Below, piece after piece: positions 17,477-27,439 of a stretch of 64,000 bases of DNA. Both the position numbers and the translations under genes were made by a program. The notes below the pieces were generated by a model. The model did not search any database. It had not been told where the DNA came from and saw only the letters and a list, made by a program, of their open reading frames with translations. Every line of letters begins with the position of its first letter. The stretch's first letter is position 1. The stretch spans positions 702,251 to 766,250 of the forward strand of contig CAVRSV010000007.1 in NCBI GenBank assembly GCA_963723965.1, written 5' to 3'. The DNA comes from an uncultured Acidobacteriota bacterium. GTDB taxonomy: Bacteria > Acidobacteriota > UBA6911 > RPQK01 > JAPXNP01.

Positions 17477-17956
17477 ATGGTGAGGAGACCGCCCCTCCCC
17501 CGTAAGGACTTCCGCGCGGATCAACTGGAAATCCGATTCGAGCGGGCTTTCCCTGCGGACGTCACGGCCATGGAGGCCATAGTTCACGAAATCATGGGGA
17601 TCGTCACCCAGGCGAAATGTGCGATCGAAGCCCAATGGGAGGTCGAACTGGCTCTGCGCGAGGCTCTGGCCAACGCCGTGCTCCACGGGGCAAAGGGAGA
17701 CTCCGCCAAGCAGGTTGCCGTATCGGTGGCCTGCGCAGACCGTGTCGGCGTGCTGATCGTTGTCCGCGACCCGGGCGAAGGGTTCGATCCGAACTGCGTA
17801 CCCAGCCCTCTCATCGGTGAGAACGTGTATTCCAATCACGGGAGAGGGATCTTTCTGATCAACCAGATCATGGACGAGGTCCGATTCGAGAAGGGCGGAA
17901 CGGAAATTCACATGCTGAAGCGCCCATCCGGCCCGGCCGCTCAATCGGAGGCTTGA
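17477..17956 (+). CDS. Anti-sigma regulatory factor-like Ser/Thr kinase (HATPase_c, RsbW/SpoIIAB-like).
   Basis: ELALREALANAVLHG (N-box) and VRDPGEGFD (G1 box); ~159 aa from ATG 17477. No STAS partner adjacent. Confidence 0.6.
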   Translation: MVRRPPLPRKDFRADQLEIRFERAFPADVTAMEAIVHEIMGIVTQAKCAIEAQWEVELALREALANAVLHGAKGDSAKQVAVSVACADRVGVLIVVRDPGEGFDPNCVPSPLIGENVYSNHGRGIFLINQIMDEVRFEKGGTEIHMLKRPSGPAAQSEA

Positions 17957-18040
17957 AGCCTCACCGGCACCGACCGGAGCACACGGCTCGCCGTTCCGGC
18001 TAAGCTTGACGACCCAATTCGACGATAGGTAGGCTGGATT

Positions 18041-18559
18041 TTGCCAATGTTCGACCAAAAACGAGGAATCCGAGTCCTTTTCGTTTGCAGCGGTAACATC
18101 TGCCGCTCGCCGATGGCCCTGGCACTGACCGGAATGGTGCTGGCCGAGCGGGACATTCCCGTCGACTGGCTCGACTCGGCAGGGACGCTGGGAATCGAAG
18201 GCCAGCCCGCTGCCGGCAACGCGATCGAAGCGGTCCGCGAGTTGGGCCTTCAGCTCGAAGACCACATTTCCAAGGGGGTCTCCGGCGCTCTGCTGGACAA
18301 GGCCGATTACATCGTGGCAGTGGCCCCCGAACATGTACGGGAGGTCGTCCTCCGGCGCCCGGACGCTCTGGGCAAGACCGTCAAACTGTGGGAGTACACC
18401 GATCGGCGAGGCCGACTCGAGCGCATCGCCGATCCGATCGGACGGCCTCCGGACGATTACCGGACTTGTCGCAACGACCTGCTCGAATGCCTGCGCAATT
18501 GGGCGGATACGCTCAAGCCGGCCCACGCCGCCGCCGCAGACCGCCAATCTAAGGCTTGA
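18041..18559 (+). CDS. Low-molecular-weight protein-tyrosine phosphatase / arsenate reductase (LMWP family).
   Basis: VLFVCSGNICRSPMA P-loop (CX5R); 172 aa; convergent with and overlapping an ArsR-family gene. Confidence 0.8.
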   Translation: MPMFDQKRGIRVLFVCSGNICRSPMALALTGMVLAERDIPVDWLDSAGTLGIEGQPAAGNAIEAVRELGLQLEDHISKGVSGALLDKADYIVAVAPEHVREVVLRRPDALGKTVKLWEYTDRRGRLERIADPIGRPPDDYRTCRNDLLECLRNWADTLKPAHAAAADRQSKA

Positions 18560-18878
18560 AGGCTCCGGCTTGATTCTCGTGGAATCGGGCGACACTGCCA
18601 CAGACCAGGTCACAGAGCTCGAAGATCGACTCGTCGGCGATGGCGTAGAAGACGCTGAGACCTTCCTTGCGCCGGCGCAGGATGCCCGCCCGGGTCAGCA
18701 CCGCCAGCTGGCGTGAGACGTTGGTCTGATGCGCACCCGTCGCCTCCACCAGCGCCGATACGTTCCGCTCCCGGGGCATCAGACTCAAGATCAGCTTCAG
18801 ACGGAGTGGATCGCTCAGAACCTTGAACCGCTGGGCCATGAGGGCAATCGCTTCGTCACCGAGACGTCGGTCTGGCAT
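18549..18878 (-). CDS. ArsR/SmtB-family transcriptional regulator.
   Basis: KVLSDPLRLKLILSL...SALVEATGAHQTNVSRQLAVLTRAGIL HTH; start at ATG 18878 with GGGGGA RBS; upstream residues of the long ORF are noise. Confidence 0.75.
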   Translation of the reverse strand: MPDRRLGDEAIALMAQRFKVLSDPLRLKLILSLMPRERNVSALVEATGAHQTNVSRQLAVLTRAGILRRRKEGLSVFYAIADESIFELCDLVCGSVARFHENQAGAFKP

Positions 18879-18895
18879 ATCTCGGATCCCCCTTT

Positions 18896-19888
18896 CTAGC
18901 TCCGCAGGACCTGTTCGATCTCTGCCAGTTCCGTCTCCTCGAAATCGAGCCGATCCAGAATGGCGAGGTTCTGGCGGAGCTGGTCGATCCGGCTGACCCC
19001 GACCAGTACAGAGGTGACCCGTTTCGTTCTCAGCAGCCAACTCAGCGCCATCTGTGCAAGACTCTGCCCACGGCCGGCCGCAATCCGGGAGAGGCGGCGA
19101 GCCTTGTCGACGGTGTCGGCGGAGACCTGCTCCGCTTTGAGAAACCCGTGTGGTTTGGCCGCCCGCGAGTCCTCAGGAATCCGCTCGAGGTACCGGTCGG
19201 TCAGCAGCCCCTGGGCCAGCGGGGAGAAGGCGATGCAGCCGATGCCCTGTTGCACCAGCAGGTCGAGCAGAGAAGTTTCCACCCAGCGGTCGAGCATCGA
19301 GTAGCGGGCCTGGTGGATGAGGCACCGGGTACCCAGATCATTGAGGATCTCCACAGCCCGCAGCGTCTGCTCTGCCGAATAGTTGGAGACCCCGGCGTAG
19401 ATCGCCTTCCCCTGACGCACCGCCGAATCCAGTGCCCCCATCGTCTCCTCCAGCGGAGTCTCCGGATCCGGCCGGTGCGAATAGAAGATATCCACGTACT
19501 CCAGGCCCATTCTCCTCAGACTCTGGTCCAGGCTGGCCAACAGGTATTTCCGGGACCCCCAGTCCCCGTAAGGGCCGGGCCACATGTCGTAGCCCGCTTT
19601 GGTGGAAATGACCAGTTCGTCCCGGTGGGCTTTCAGGTCGCGCCGGAGAATGCGACCGAAATTCTCCTCGGCGGAACCCGGCGGCGGCCCATAGTTGTTG
19701 GCCAGATCGATGTGTGTGACCCCCAGGTCAAAGGCATCCAGGACGATCTCGCGGCCACGCTCGAAGACGTCGACTCCACCGAAATTGTGCCACAGCCCGA
19801 GGGAGACGATGGGGAGCTTCAGTCCGCTCCGTCCGCACCGCCGGTAGGTCATGCAATCGTATCGATGTTCGCTGGCGACATGGCTCAT
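18896..19888 (-). CDS. Aldo/keto reductase (YghZ/Tas-like).
   Basis: MTYRRCGRSGLKLPIVSLGLWHNFG matches the YghZ N-terminus; AKR active-site residues D, Y, K, H are present. Start at ATG 19888. Confidence 0.8.
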   Translation of the reverse strand: MSHVASEHRYDCMTYRRCGRSGLKLPIVSLGLWHNFGGVDVFERGREIVLDAFDLGVTHIDLANNYGPPPGSAEENFGRILRRDLKAHRDELVISTKAGYDMWPGPYGDWGSRKYLLASLDQSLRRMGLEYVDIFYSHRPDPETPLEETMGALDSAVRQGKAIYAGVSNYSAEQTLRAVEILNDLGTRCLIHQARYSMLDRWVETSLLDLLVQQGIGCIAFSPLAQGLLTDRYLERIPEDSRAAKPHGFLKAEQVSADTVDKARRLSRIAAGRGQSLAQMALSWLLRTKRVTSVLVGVSRIDQLRQNLAILDRLDFEETELAEIEQVLRS

Positions 19889-20108
19889 CTGCGCCCTCCT
19901 GTTCCACGAACGACACTTCCGTTCTACAAAGAGCATAGACCGACTGCCGGGGGGAAAGCACGCCGAACCCTCTGCCGGAGGCCAGGTTCGTGCCGTTGTG
20001 CGGAAACTTTTGCACAGGCATGTCTGAGAAAGGAACCGCACTGTCTGACCCTGTGCTATACTGTATTATCAGGTCCCGTTCAGGTGATGATGTGGACTGA
20101 GGAATTGC

Positions 20109-20450
20109 GTGCACGAGACGAGCATCGCCTTCAGCATCCTTGAAACGGCCCAGCGACTGGCCGGCGCGGGGCGACTCCAGTCCATTCGGATCGCCATCGG
20201 CGAACTCGCAGCCGTCGAACCGGATCTGCTGCAGTTTGCCTGGGAGGCGGTCGTGGCGGGCAGCGAACACGAGACTTCGGCGCTCGAAATCGAATGGCAT
20301 CCGGCCCGACAATTCTGCCCCGCCTGCCTGCAGGAGATAGAAAGGGAACCCGGCAACTGGTTCGTGCACTGCCCGAATTGCGGTCAGGCCCTGCAAATCG
20401 AGGGTGGCGACGAATTGGAGATCCTCGAAATCTCATATACTGAAGCCTGA
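20109..20450 (+). CDS. hypA: Hydrogenase nickel-incorporation/maturation factor HypA.
   Basis: MHETSIAFSIL N-terminus and C-terminal zinc CPACL...CPNCG; 113 aa; GTG start. Confidence 0.85.
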   Translation: MHETSIAFSILETAQRLAGAGRLQSIRIAIGELAAVEPDLLQFAWEAVVAGSEHETSALEIEWHPARQFCPACLQEIEREPGNWFVHCPNCGQALQIEGGDELEILEISYTEA

Positions 20451-20457
20451 GTCGACC

Positions 20458-21147
20458 ATGACGCAGGCCAAAATAATCGAAGTCCGCCAGAGCATCCTCG
20501 CAGCCAACCAGCAGGCGGCTGCCGACCTTCGCGCGTCTTTCAGCCGCCGGGGCACGTTGGTCGTCAACCTCATCTCCTCCCCGGGCTCCGGCAAGACCAC
20601 CCTCCTCGAAGCCACTCTGCAGGGGTTGTCGGATCTGCGGCCCGCCGTGCTGGAGGGAGACATCGCAACCGAGCGCGATGCCGAGCGCATTCGCCGGATG
20701 GGAATCCCGGCCCGGCAGATCCTCACCGGAGGGGCCTGTCATCTCGACGCACGCCAGGTCCAAAGGGAACTCGCCGAAGCGCGGTTTCCGGAGTTCGATC
20801 TCCTGTTCATCGAAAATGTCGGCAATCTGATCTGCCCGACCTCCTACGATCTGGGTGAAGACTTCAAGACCGTTGTCCTTTCGGTCACGGAGGGAGACGA
20901 CAAACCCTTCAAGTACCCCGGCATCTTCTCGCGAGCCTCGGTCACGATCATCTCGAAAATGGATCTCCTTCCCCATGTCGAGTTCGACCTGGCGGCCGTC
21001 GAGGAGCAGGTTGGGACGCTCAACCCCAATTCGCGAGTGATCAGGACCTCGGCGAGGAGCGGGGAGGGAATCGCCGAGTGGTGCAGTTATCTGCGGGACG
21101 CGAGCCGCACCAAGCTGGCGCGCGTTTCCGGCCGAGATCCGGCGTGA
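20458..21147 (+). CDS. hypB: Hydrogenase maturation GTPase HypB.
   Basis: P-loop SSPGSGKTTLLE, CH metal motif (GGACHLDA) and G-domain; no N-terminal His-rich stretch; 229 aa. Confidence 0.85.
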   Translation: MTQAKIIEVRQSILAANQQAAADLRASFSRRGTLVVNLISSPGSGKTTLLEATLQGLSDLRPAVLEGDIATERDAERIRRMGIPARQILTGGACHLDARQVQRELAEARFPEFDLLFIENVGNLICPTSYDLGEDFKTVVLSVTEGDDKPFKYPGIFSRASVTIISKMDLLPHVEFDLAAVEEQVGTLNPNSRVIRTSARSGEGIAEWCSYLRDASRTKLARVSGRDPA

Positions 21148-21223
21148 AACTGCGAAGAGGCGAACGAAAAGCGGCAGAGTGGTTGACGCCTGTTTACCCA
21201 CCGCGACGGCAGTCCGTCAAGAC

Positions 21224-23566
21224 ATGCGGGCAAGAGCCTTGAAGCCGGACGTCAGACTGAATCTCGTCCTGCACGGCGCCGTCCAGGGAGTCGGGTTCCG
21301 ACCCTTCGTGTTCCGCCTGGCGTCTGAAATCGGCTTGACGGGCTGGGTCCGGAACAGCTCGGAAGGCGTGTTCATCGAGGTCGAAGGCCCGCCGGATCGA
21401 ATCGCACGGTTTCGAGAGCGCCTTGTCGTCGAGGTTCCGCCCAGGGCATTCATCCAGAGTCTGGAAGCCAGGGAACTGGATGCGACGGGATTCCCCGATT
21501 TTCGAATCCTGCCCAGCGCGGAGGGCTCGAAATCGGCCCTCATTCTTCCGGACATCGCGACCTGTGATCAGTGCCTCGCCGAGATCCGGGATCCCCTGAA
21601 TCGACGGTATCGGTATCCCTTTACCAACTGCACCCACTGTGGGCCCCGCTTCAGCATCATCGAGGCTCTCCCCTACGACCGGGCGAACACGACGATGCGA
21701 CGGTTCGAGATGTGTCCGTGCTGCCGGGAGGAGTATGAGACCCCCCTCGACCGCCGATTTCACGCCCAGCCCAACGCCTGCCCGGACTGCGGCCCGCGAC
21801 TGCAGTTACTGGACGCCTCGGGCCAGCTACTGTCCGATCGGGACCAAGCCCTGCTTGCCGCCGCCGCGGCACTCCGAAACGGCGAGATTGTCGCTCTGAA
21901 GGGTCTGGGCGGTTTCCAGCTCCTCGTCGATGCCCGCAACGACGACGCCGTGGCTCGACTTCGCCGGCGTAAGCACCGCGAGGAGAAGCCCCTCGCCCTG
22001 CTGGTGCCCGACGCCGATTCCGCCGCCGAGATCTGTCGCACATCCTCGTTGGAGCGCCGAATCCTGACCAGTCCGGAACGTCCCATCGTCCTCCTCGAGA
22101 GGCGCCGCTGCGACACGGCCGCCGGGGTGGCCAAAGGAGTCGCACCCGGCAATCCGTCTCTGGGGGTCATGCTTCCCTGTACACCCCTGCATCATCTGCT
22201 CATGGACGAGTTGGGCTTCCCGGTGGTGGCAACCAGCGGGAACAGGTCGGATGAGCCGATCTGCACAGCCAACCATGAGGCTCTCGAGCGACTCCGGGGA
22301 ATCCCCGACTTGTATCTGGTCCACGATCGCCCCATCGCCCGGCACGTCGATGATTCCGTGGTCCGAGTCCTGGCCGGCCGGGAGCTGGTCCTGCGGCGGG
22401 CACGAGGCTTCGCTCCGCTGCCGGTGCGCCTCTCCCGGGAACTGCCTGCCGCTCTGGCGGTGGGCGGCCACCTCAAGAACACGGTGGCGGTGACCGTCGG
22501 CCCCAACGCATTCCTCAGCCAGCACATCGGAGACCTGGAAACGGCTTCCGCCCGAGCCGCCTTCGAGCAGGTCGCCTCGGACCTCCAGAACATGTATGCC
22601 GTGTCACCCAGGACGGTCGTCTGCGACCTGCACCCCGACTACGCCTCGACGCGCTACGCGCGCCGGCTGACGACGGACGTGCTTGCGGTGCAGCACCACT
22701 ATGCCCACGTCCTGTCGTGCATTGCGGAGAACGACATCGAACCTGCCGGGCTCGGGATCTCCTGGGATGGGACCGGCTTTGGTCTCGACGGCACCATCTG
22801 GGGCGGCGAATTCCTGCGGGTCACAAAGGAGGGGTTCGAGCGCTTCGCCCACCTCCGGACTTTTCCCCTGCCCGGCTCCGAGCAGGCCGTCCGCGAGCCC
22901 CGTCGCAGTGCCCTCGGTCTCCTCTACGAACTCCACGGCGATGCACTCTGGAGCGATGAGCCGGGTTTCCTCCGTACCCGCTTCCAGGCCGAGGAGGTGC
23001 GGGTCCTGCGCCGCATGCTGGAGCAGGGGCTGCAATGTCCCCGAACTTCGAGCGTCGGCCGCCTGTTCGATGCCGTGGCTTCGCTGCTCGGCCTCCGGCA
23101 GGTTTCCGGCTTTGAAGGGCAGGCCGCGATGGAAGTCGAGTATGAGCTGTCCCGTCATGGGGCCGGCGGCTTGGGCGACGGGACGGACCCTCGATCCGCT
23201 TACCCCTTTGACTGCGCGCCACCCGTCCGGACGGGGCCTTCCCTCCAGGAATCCTGGGTCGTCGACTGGGGGCCCATGATTCGGGGAATGATGTTCGACC
23301 TGGCAGGCGGCGTCCCTCGCCCTGAAATTGTGTCAAAATTCCATGGGACTCTTTGCGCGGTCATGGTCCGCATGGCCGCCGAGTCCGGTGAGAGCCAGAT
23401 CATGTTGAGCGGAGGATGCTTTCAGAACCGTTACTTGACCGAGAATGCAGTGGCGCGGCTTCGAGAGAAGGGATATCGCGTCTACTGGCATCAGCGCGTC
23501 CCGCCGAACGACGGCGGCCTCGCCCTCGGTCAGGTTCTGGCAGCCGCCTTGCGAAAGGATCGATGA
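21224..23566 (+). CDS. hypF: Carbamoyltransferase HypF.
   Basis: Acylphosphatase domain (VQGVGFRPFV), twin Zn-finger CxxC pairs, YrdC-like and Kae1-like domains; ~781 aa. Confidence 0.9.
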   Translation: MRARALKPDVRLNLVLHGAVQGVGFRPFVFRLASEIGLTGWVRNSSEGVFIEVEGPPDRIARFRERLVVEVPPRAFIQSLEARELDATGFPDFRILPSAEGSKSALILPDIATCDQCLAEIRDPLNRRYRYPFTNCTHCGPRFSIIEALPYDRANTTMRRFEMCPCCREEYETPLDRRFHAQPNACPDCGPRLQLLDASGQLLSDRDQALLAAAAALRNGEIVALKGLGGFQLLVDARNDDAVARLRRRKHREEKPLALLVPDADSAAEICRTSSLERRILTSPERPIVLLERRRCDTAAGVAKGVAPGNPSLGVMLPCTPLHHLLMDELGFPVVATSGNRSDEPICTANHEALERLRGIPDLYLVHDRPIARHVDDSVVRVLAGRELVLRRARGFAPLPVRLSRELPAALAVGGHLKNTVAVTVGPNAFLSQHIGDLETASARAAFEQVASDLQNMYAVSPRTVVCDLHPDYASTRYARRLTTDVLAVQHHYAHVLSCIAENDIEPAGLGISWDGTGFGLDGTIWGGEFLRVTKEGFERFAHLRTFPLPGSEQAVREPRRSALGLLYELHGDALWSDEPGFLRTRFQAEEVRVLRRMLEQGLQCPRTSSVGRLFDAVASLLGLRQVSGFEGQAAMEVEYELSRHGAGGLGDGTDPRSAYPFDCAPPVRTGPSLQESWVVDWGPMIRGMMFDLAGGVPRPEIVSKFHGTLCAVMVRMAAESGESQIMLSGGCFQNRYLTENAVARLREKGYRVYWHQRVPPNDGGLALGQVLAAALRKDR

Positions 23567-23570
23567 TTTC

Positions 23571-23840
23571 ATGTGCCTTGCAGTACCCGGCCGGATCGTG
23601 AGCATCAGCGGAGAGGAACCCCTCAGCCGGAACGGCCGCATCGATTTCGGCGGGGTCCTGCGCGAGGTCAGCCTGGCCTGTGTTCCCGAAGCACGCGAGG
23701 GCGACTACGTTCTGGTCCACGTAGGGTTGGCGCTCAGCGTCCTGGATGAAGAAGAAGCCCGCGAGGTCCTCGATTCTTTGCGGCAGATGGCCGAGACGGA
23801 TGAGTCCGCGCCTCCGGAGATTCCCGGTGAAGTTCGTTGA
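23571..23840 (+). CDS. hypC: Hydrogenase maturation factor HypC.
   Basis: MCLAVPG N-terminus; 89 aa; starts 4 nt after the hypF stop. Confidence 0.9.
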   Translation: MCLAVPGRIVSISGEEPLSRNGRIDFGGVLREVSLACVPEAREGDYVLVHVGLALSVLDEEEAREVLDSLRQMAETDESAPPEIPGEVR

Positions 23841-24939
23841 CGAGTACCGGGACGCCCGGACCTCGAAGGAGCTGGTCCGGCGGATCGAACGGATCTGCAC
23901 GCGGCCCTGGACGATCATGGAGGTCTGCGGAGGACAGACCCATTCGATCGTCCGCTTCGGCATCGACCAACTTCTTCCCCCTTCGATCACCTTGCTTCAT
24001 GGCCCCGGCTGCCCGGTCTGCGTCACGCCCCTCGAGCTGGTGGAGAAGGCCATCGAGATCGCTTCCCGACCCGACGTGATCTTCTGTTCCTTCGGAGATA
24101 TGCTGCGCGTGCCGGGACAGAACCGGGACCTCCTTTCGGTGAAGGCGGCGGGGGGCGACGTCCGAATCGTCTATTCCCCTCTGGACGCACTCAAGCTTGC
24201 CCGAACAAATCCCGACCGTGAGATCGTGTTCTTCGCCGTGGGCTTCGAGACAACGGCACCCGCCAATGCCCTTGCGATCCACCAGGCCGCCCGCGAGGGG
24301 CTCGGCAATTTCAGCATTCTGGTTTCCCACGTGCGCGTGCCGCCCGCCCTCGAGGCGATCCTCTCCGACCCCGGGAATCGGGTCCAGGGCTTCCTCGCCG
24401 CCGGTCATGTCTGTACGGTGATGGGCTACTGGGAGTACCAACCCATAGCCGCGCGGTGGAAGGTCCCGATCGTGGTGACGGGATTCGAGCCCGTCGACAT
24501 CCTGCACGGGCTCTTTCTGTGCATCTCCGATCTCGAACAGGGCGGTCACTCCGTTCAGAATCCGTACAGTCGCGCCGTGCGGGCGGAGGGCAACCGGACG
24601 GCCCAGCGCCTGATGGGTGAGATCTTCGAGATCGTGCCGCGCAAGTGGCGCGGCCTGGGCGAGATCCCGCACAGCGGACTCGGCCTGCGCGAAGAGTACT
24701 CGGTCTTTGATGCGGAACAACGCTTTGGACTCGTCAACCGTCCCCTCGACGAGCCGCCGGACTGCCGCAGCGGCCTCGTGCTTCGCGGCATGATCCGCCC
24801 TCCCGAATGCCCCGCCTTTGGGACACGCTGCACGCCCGAGACGCCACTGGGGGCAACGATGGTCTCGTCAGAGGGCGCCTGTGCGGCCTACTATCGCTAC
24901 CGGGGAAAGGTGTCGATCGATGAAAGAACCGAGTCCTAG
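23827..24939 (+). CDS. hypD: Hydrogenase maturation factor HypD.
   Basis: [10 protein letters not shown]-terminus (E. coli HypD starts MRFVDEYR), CGGQTH and GPGCPVC motifs. GTG start overlapping the hypC stop (GTGA) with GGAGA RBS; alternative ATG at 23800. Confidence 0.85.
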   Translation: MKFVDEYRDARTSKELVRRIERICTRPWTIMEVCGGQTHSIVRFGIDQLLPPSITLLHGPGCPVCVTPLELVEKAIEIASRPDVIFCSFGDMLRVPGQNRDLLSVKAAGGDVRIVYSPLDALKLARTNPDREIVFFAVGFETTAPANALAIHQAAREGLGNFSILVSHVRVPPALEAILSDPGNRVQGFLAAGHVCTVMGYWEYQPIAARWKVPIVVTGFEPVDILHGLFLCISDLEQGGHSVQNPYSRAVRAEGNRTAQRLMGEIFEIVPRKWRGLGEIPHSGLGLREEYSVFDAEQRFGLVNRPLDEPPDCRSGLVLRGMIRPPECPAFGTRCTPETPLGATMVSSEGACAAYYRYRGKVSIDERTES

Positions 24940-25975
24940 CGGCCTGCAATGTCCGATCCCGTTCCATGACTATCCGACCGTCCTCCTCGGACACGGAGGA
25001 GGCGGCCGCCTCATGAACCAGCTCATCGACCGCGTCCTCCGACCGGCCCTGTCGGATCCTGCCTTGGATCGCCGGCACGACGGAGCCGAACTGGAACTGG
25101 GCGACTCCCGGATTGCCTTCACCACGGATTCTTACGTCATCCAGCCGCGCTTCTTTCCGGGAGGCGACATCGGACGCCTGGCCGTGTTCGGGACCGTCAA
25201 TGATCTGGCCATGTGCGGAGCCCGGCCCTGTTGGCTCAGTGCCGCTCTCATCCTCGAAGAAGGCTTTGCCATGGAGGAACTCTGGCGGGTCGTCCAGTCG
25301 ATGAAGAAAGCCGCCGCCGAGGTCTCGGTTTCGTTCGTGACGGGGGACACGAAGGTCGTGGATCGCGGCAAGGGGGACGGTCTGTTCATCAACACCGCAG
25401 GCATCGGCCTGATCGAGCACGGCCGACGAATCGCTCCGGATGGGCTCCGCAGCGGCGACCTCTGCATCGTCAGCGGCGATCTCGGACGTCACGGGATCGC
25501 CATCATGAACGCCCGGGCCTCGCTCGAGCTCGAATCGCAGATCGAAAGCGATCTTGCACCTCTGTGCGGCCCTACACTCCGCCTGCTCGAGGGAGGAGTC
25601 GAGATCCACTGCCTGAGAGATTTGACCCGGGGTGGACTGGGGAGCGCCCTGATCGAACTGGCGGAGGCCGCGGGCCGTCGTATCCACATCCGGGAGTCCC
25701 GTCTCCCCGTCCGTGAAGATGTTCGCGGCGCCTGCGAGATATTGGGGCTCGATCCGATTCACGTGGCCAATGAGGGCCGCTTCGTTCTGTTCCTTCCCCC
25801 GGCAGAGGCCGACCGGGCACTGGAGATCCTCCGCCAGGACCCGATCACGGCGGGCGCCGCGGTGATCGGAGAGGTCGCCGAGGAGCGGGACGGCATGGTC
25901 ACGGTGGAGAGCCTGATCGGCGTCGATCGGGTGCTCGATATGATCAGCGGCGAGCAACTTCCGAGGATCTGCTGA
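24920..25975 (+). CDS. hypE: Hydrogenase maturation factor HypE.
   Basis: AIR-synthase-like fold with HGGGG motif and C-terminal PRIC (Cys carrying the thiocyanate); overlaps the hypD 3' end. Confidence 0.85.
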   Translation: MKEPSPSGLQCPIPFHDYPTVLLGHGGGGRLMNQLIDRVLRPALSDPALDRRHDGAELELGDSRIAFTTDSYVIQPRFFPGGDIGRLAVFGTVNDLAMCGARPCWLSAALILEEGFAMEELWRVVQSMKKAAAEVSVSFVTGDTKVVDRGKGDGLFINTAGIGLIEHGRRIAPDGLRSGDLCIVSGDLGRHGIAIMNARASLELESQIESDLAPLCGPTLRLLEGGVEIHCLRDLTRGGLGSALIELAEAAGRRIHIRESRLPVREDVRGACEILGLDPIHVANEGRFVLFLPPAEADRALEILRQDPITAGAAVIGEVAEERDGMVTVESLIGVDRVLDMISGEQLPRIC

Positions 25976-26076
25976 GACACTGAATTGCGGCCGAACCCCG
26001 GGAGCGGACCGCATTCTGGCCCGGTCCCGTCCCACCGGTCCGGCGGTCGCCAGACGAGGGACCTGCCCCGAATCGA

Positions 26077-26514
26077 TTACGCCTTGACGACCAGGACCGA
26101 GCACTCGGCGCCGCTGACGACCCGGTCGACGGTGCTGCCGAGAGGAACATCCTCCAGCGCGCCGACCCCCCTGGCGCCGAGCACGATCAAGTCCGCCTTC
26201 CAGACGCGGGCGTTCTCGAGAATCTCGGTGGAGGCCGGTCCACTGGTGATTTCCGTCCGCACGTTGAGGGCGTCCAGCCGGCCTGCCACCGGCTCGACCA
26301 GTGAAGACATCGCCTCCCTCGCCTTGGCCTCGATCTCCAGGGTCAGGTCGCTCAAACCCTCCGGTGTGGTCCAGGAAGACAAGGGATGGACTTCCACGGC
26401 GTGCAGGAGCATCAGGCTGGCTGAAAACTTTTCCGCGACTTCGATGGCTCGATAGAAGGCCGTGTTGGAGTGATCGGAAAAGTCCACCGCGCACAGTATC
26501 CGTCGATAAGCCAT
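26077..26514 (-). CDS. uspA: Universal stress protein (UspA family).
   Basis: ILCAVDFSDHS...LIVLGARG...VLVVK Usp-domain motifs; 145 aa. Confidence 0.8.
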   Translation of the reverse strand: MAYRRILCAVDFSDHSNTAFYRAIEVAEKFSASLMLLHAVEVHPLSSWTTPEGLSDLTLEIEAKAREAMSSLVEPVAGRLDALNVRTEITSGPASTEILENARVWKADLIVLGARGVGALEDVPLGSTVDRVVSGAECSVLVVKA

Positions 26515-26719
26515 TGCTGCCTCCGTTCTCCATTACGACCACGGCCGCCCTTAATCTCGGGCGCCGGCCCGTGGTCCGTTCCGTTCCCTCGCAGGGCCCT
26601 CTTGCCCCATTATATGACCGGGACCGCGGGGATTCGCGGCGGACAGGTCCCCGAGCCGCGAACGAGGCACCTGCGACAGGCTCAACAGCTAGAATGGGAC
26701 CGTTGCCGGGGATGGTCGA

Positions 26720-27364
26720 ATGAGACACTTTCGGTTGCCGCTGGCCCTTTTGTTCATCGTCCTCGCAATCTGTGTACTGACAGCGCTCGACCCTCCTGCC
26801 GGACGTCTGAACTGGTTTCTCGAGGTCGGCCCCGGGCTGGTCGGAGTTGCCGTCCTGATCGGCTTCCACCGGCGCTTTCCCATGTCACACTGGGTCTACT
26901 GGTGTGTTTTCGTCCATATGCTCATCCTGATCTATGGCGGCTACTACACCTATGCCGAGACCCCGCTTGGGAACTGGTTCCGGGACGCTTTCGAGCTGAG
27001 CCGCAATCATTACGACCGCGTCGGTCACCTGGCGCTCGGGATCTTTCCCGCCTTCGTCGTGCGGGAAGTGCTGCTTCGGGTCACTCCTCTGCGCAGGGGA
27101 GGATGGCTCTACTTTCTGGTCGTCAGCGTCGTACTCGCGATCGGTGCCTTTTGGGAACTCCTCGAATGGTGGCTCACGCTGATCGTGGCTCCGGGTGTCG
27201 GACAATCCTTTCTCGGAACTCAGGGCGACCCCTGGGACGCCCAGTGGGACATGCTCCTGGCCCTCGTCGGAGCCATGATCGTCCTGCCTCTTTTCGGAAG
27301 ATGGCACGATCGCTCCATGGCGAAGATCCCCACTGCGCCTGCGCAACTCGGGGCCTCCGGATAG
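26720..27364 (+). CDS. DUF2238 (YjdF-like) inner-membrane protein.
   Basis: Multi-TM 214-aa protein whose conserved core (NHYDRVGHLALG, FWELLEW) recalls DUF2238. Confidence 0.5.
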   Translation: MRHFRLPLALLFIVLAICVLTALDPPAGRLNWFLEVGPGLVGVAVLIGFHRRFPMSHWVYWCVFVHMLILIYGGYYTYAETPLGNWFRDAFELSRNHYDRVGHLALGIFPAFVVREVLLRVTPLRRGGWLYFLVVSVVLAIGAFWELLEWWLTLIVAPGVGQSFLGTQGDPWDAQWDMLLALVGAMIVLPLFGRWHDRSMAKIPTAPAQLGASG

Positions 27365-27439
27365 GCGGATTCCGACCAGGATGCCCGATCCGGCCGATTT
27401 GGATGGGACCCTTGGTTTCTGGTATGCTTCCGTACTTCA

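Noticed and set aside
19960-20000. TGTGC-N10-GCACA inverted repeat and a sigma-54-like TTGCA element upstream of hypA.
   Set aside because: Spacing does not fit Crp/FNR (N6/N4) and the -24 GG element of a sigma-54 promoter is absent. Kept only as a note, not called as a site.
20131-21201. 356-aa ORF on the minus strand covering hypA/hypB.
   Set aside because: Antisense to two genes with strong family matches; translation is Arg-rich low complexity.
25113-25716. ORFs inside hypE on other frames/strand (25113-25304 +, 25132-25467 -, 25213-25716 +).
   Set aside because: No motifs; hypE frame is continuous with the AIR-synthase-like fold.
26515-26719. Possible yjdF-type riboswitch upstream of the DUF2238 (YjdF-like) gene.
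   Set aside because: The yjdF RNA motif is confined to Firmicutes and none of its conserved features is recognisable here.
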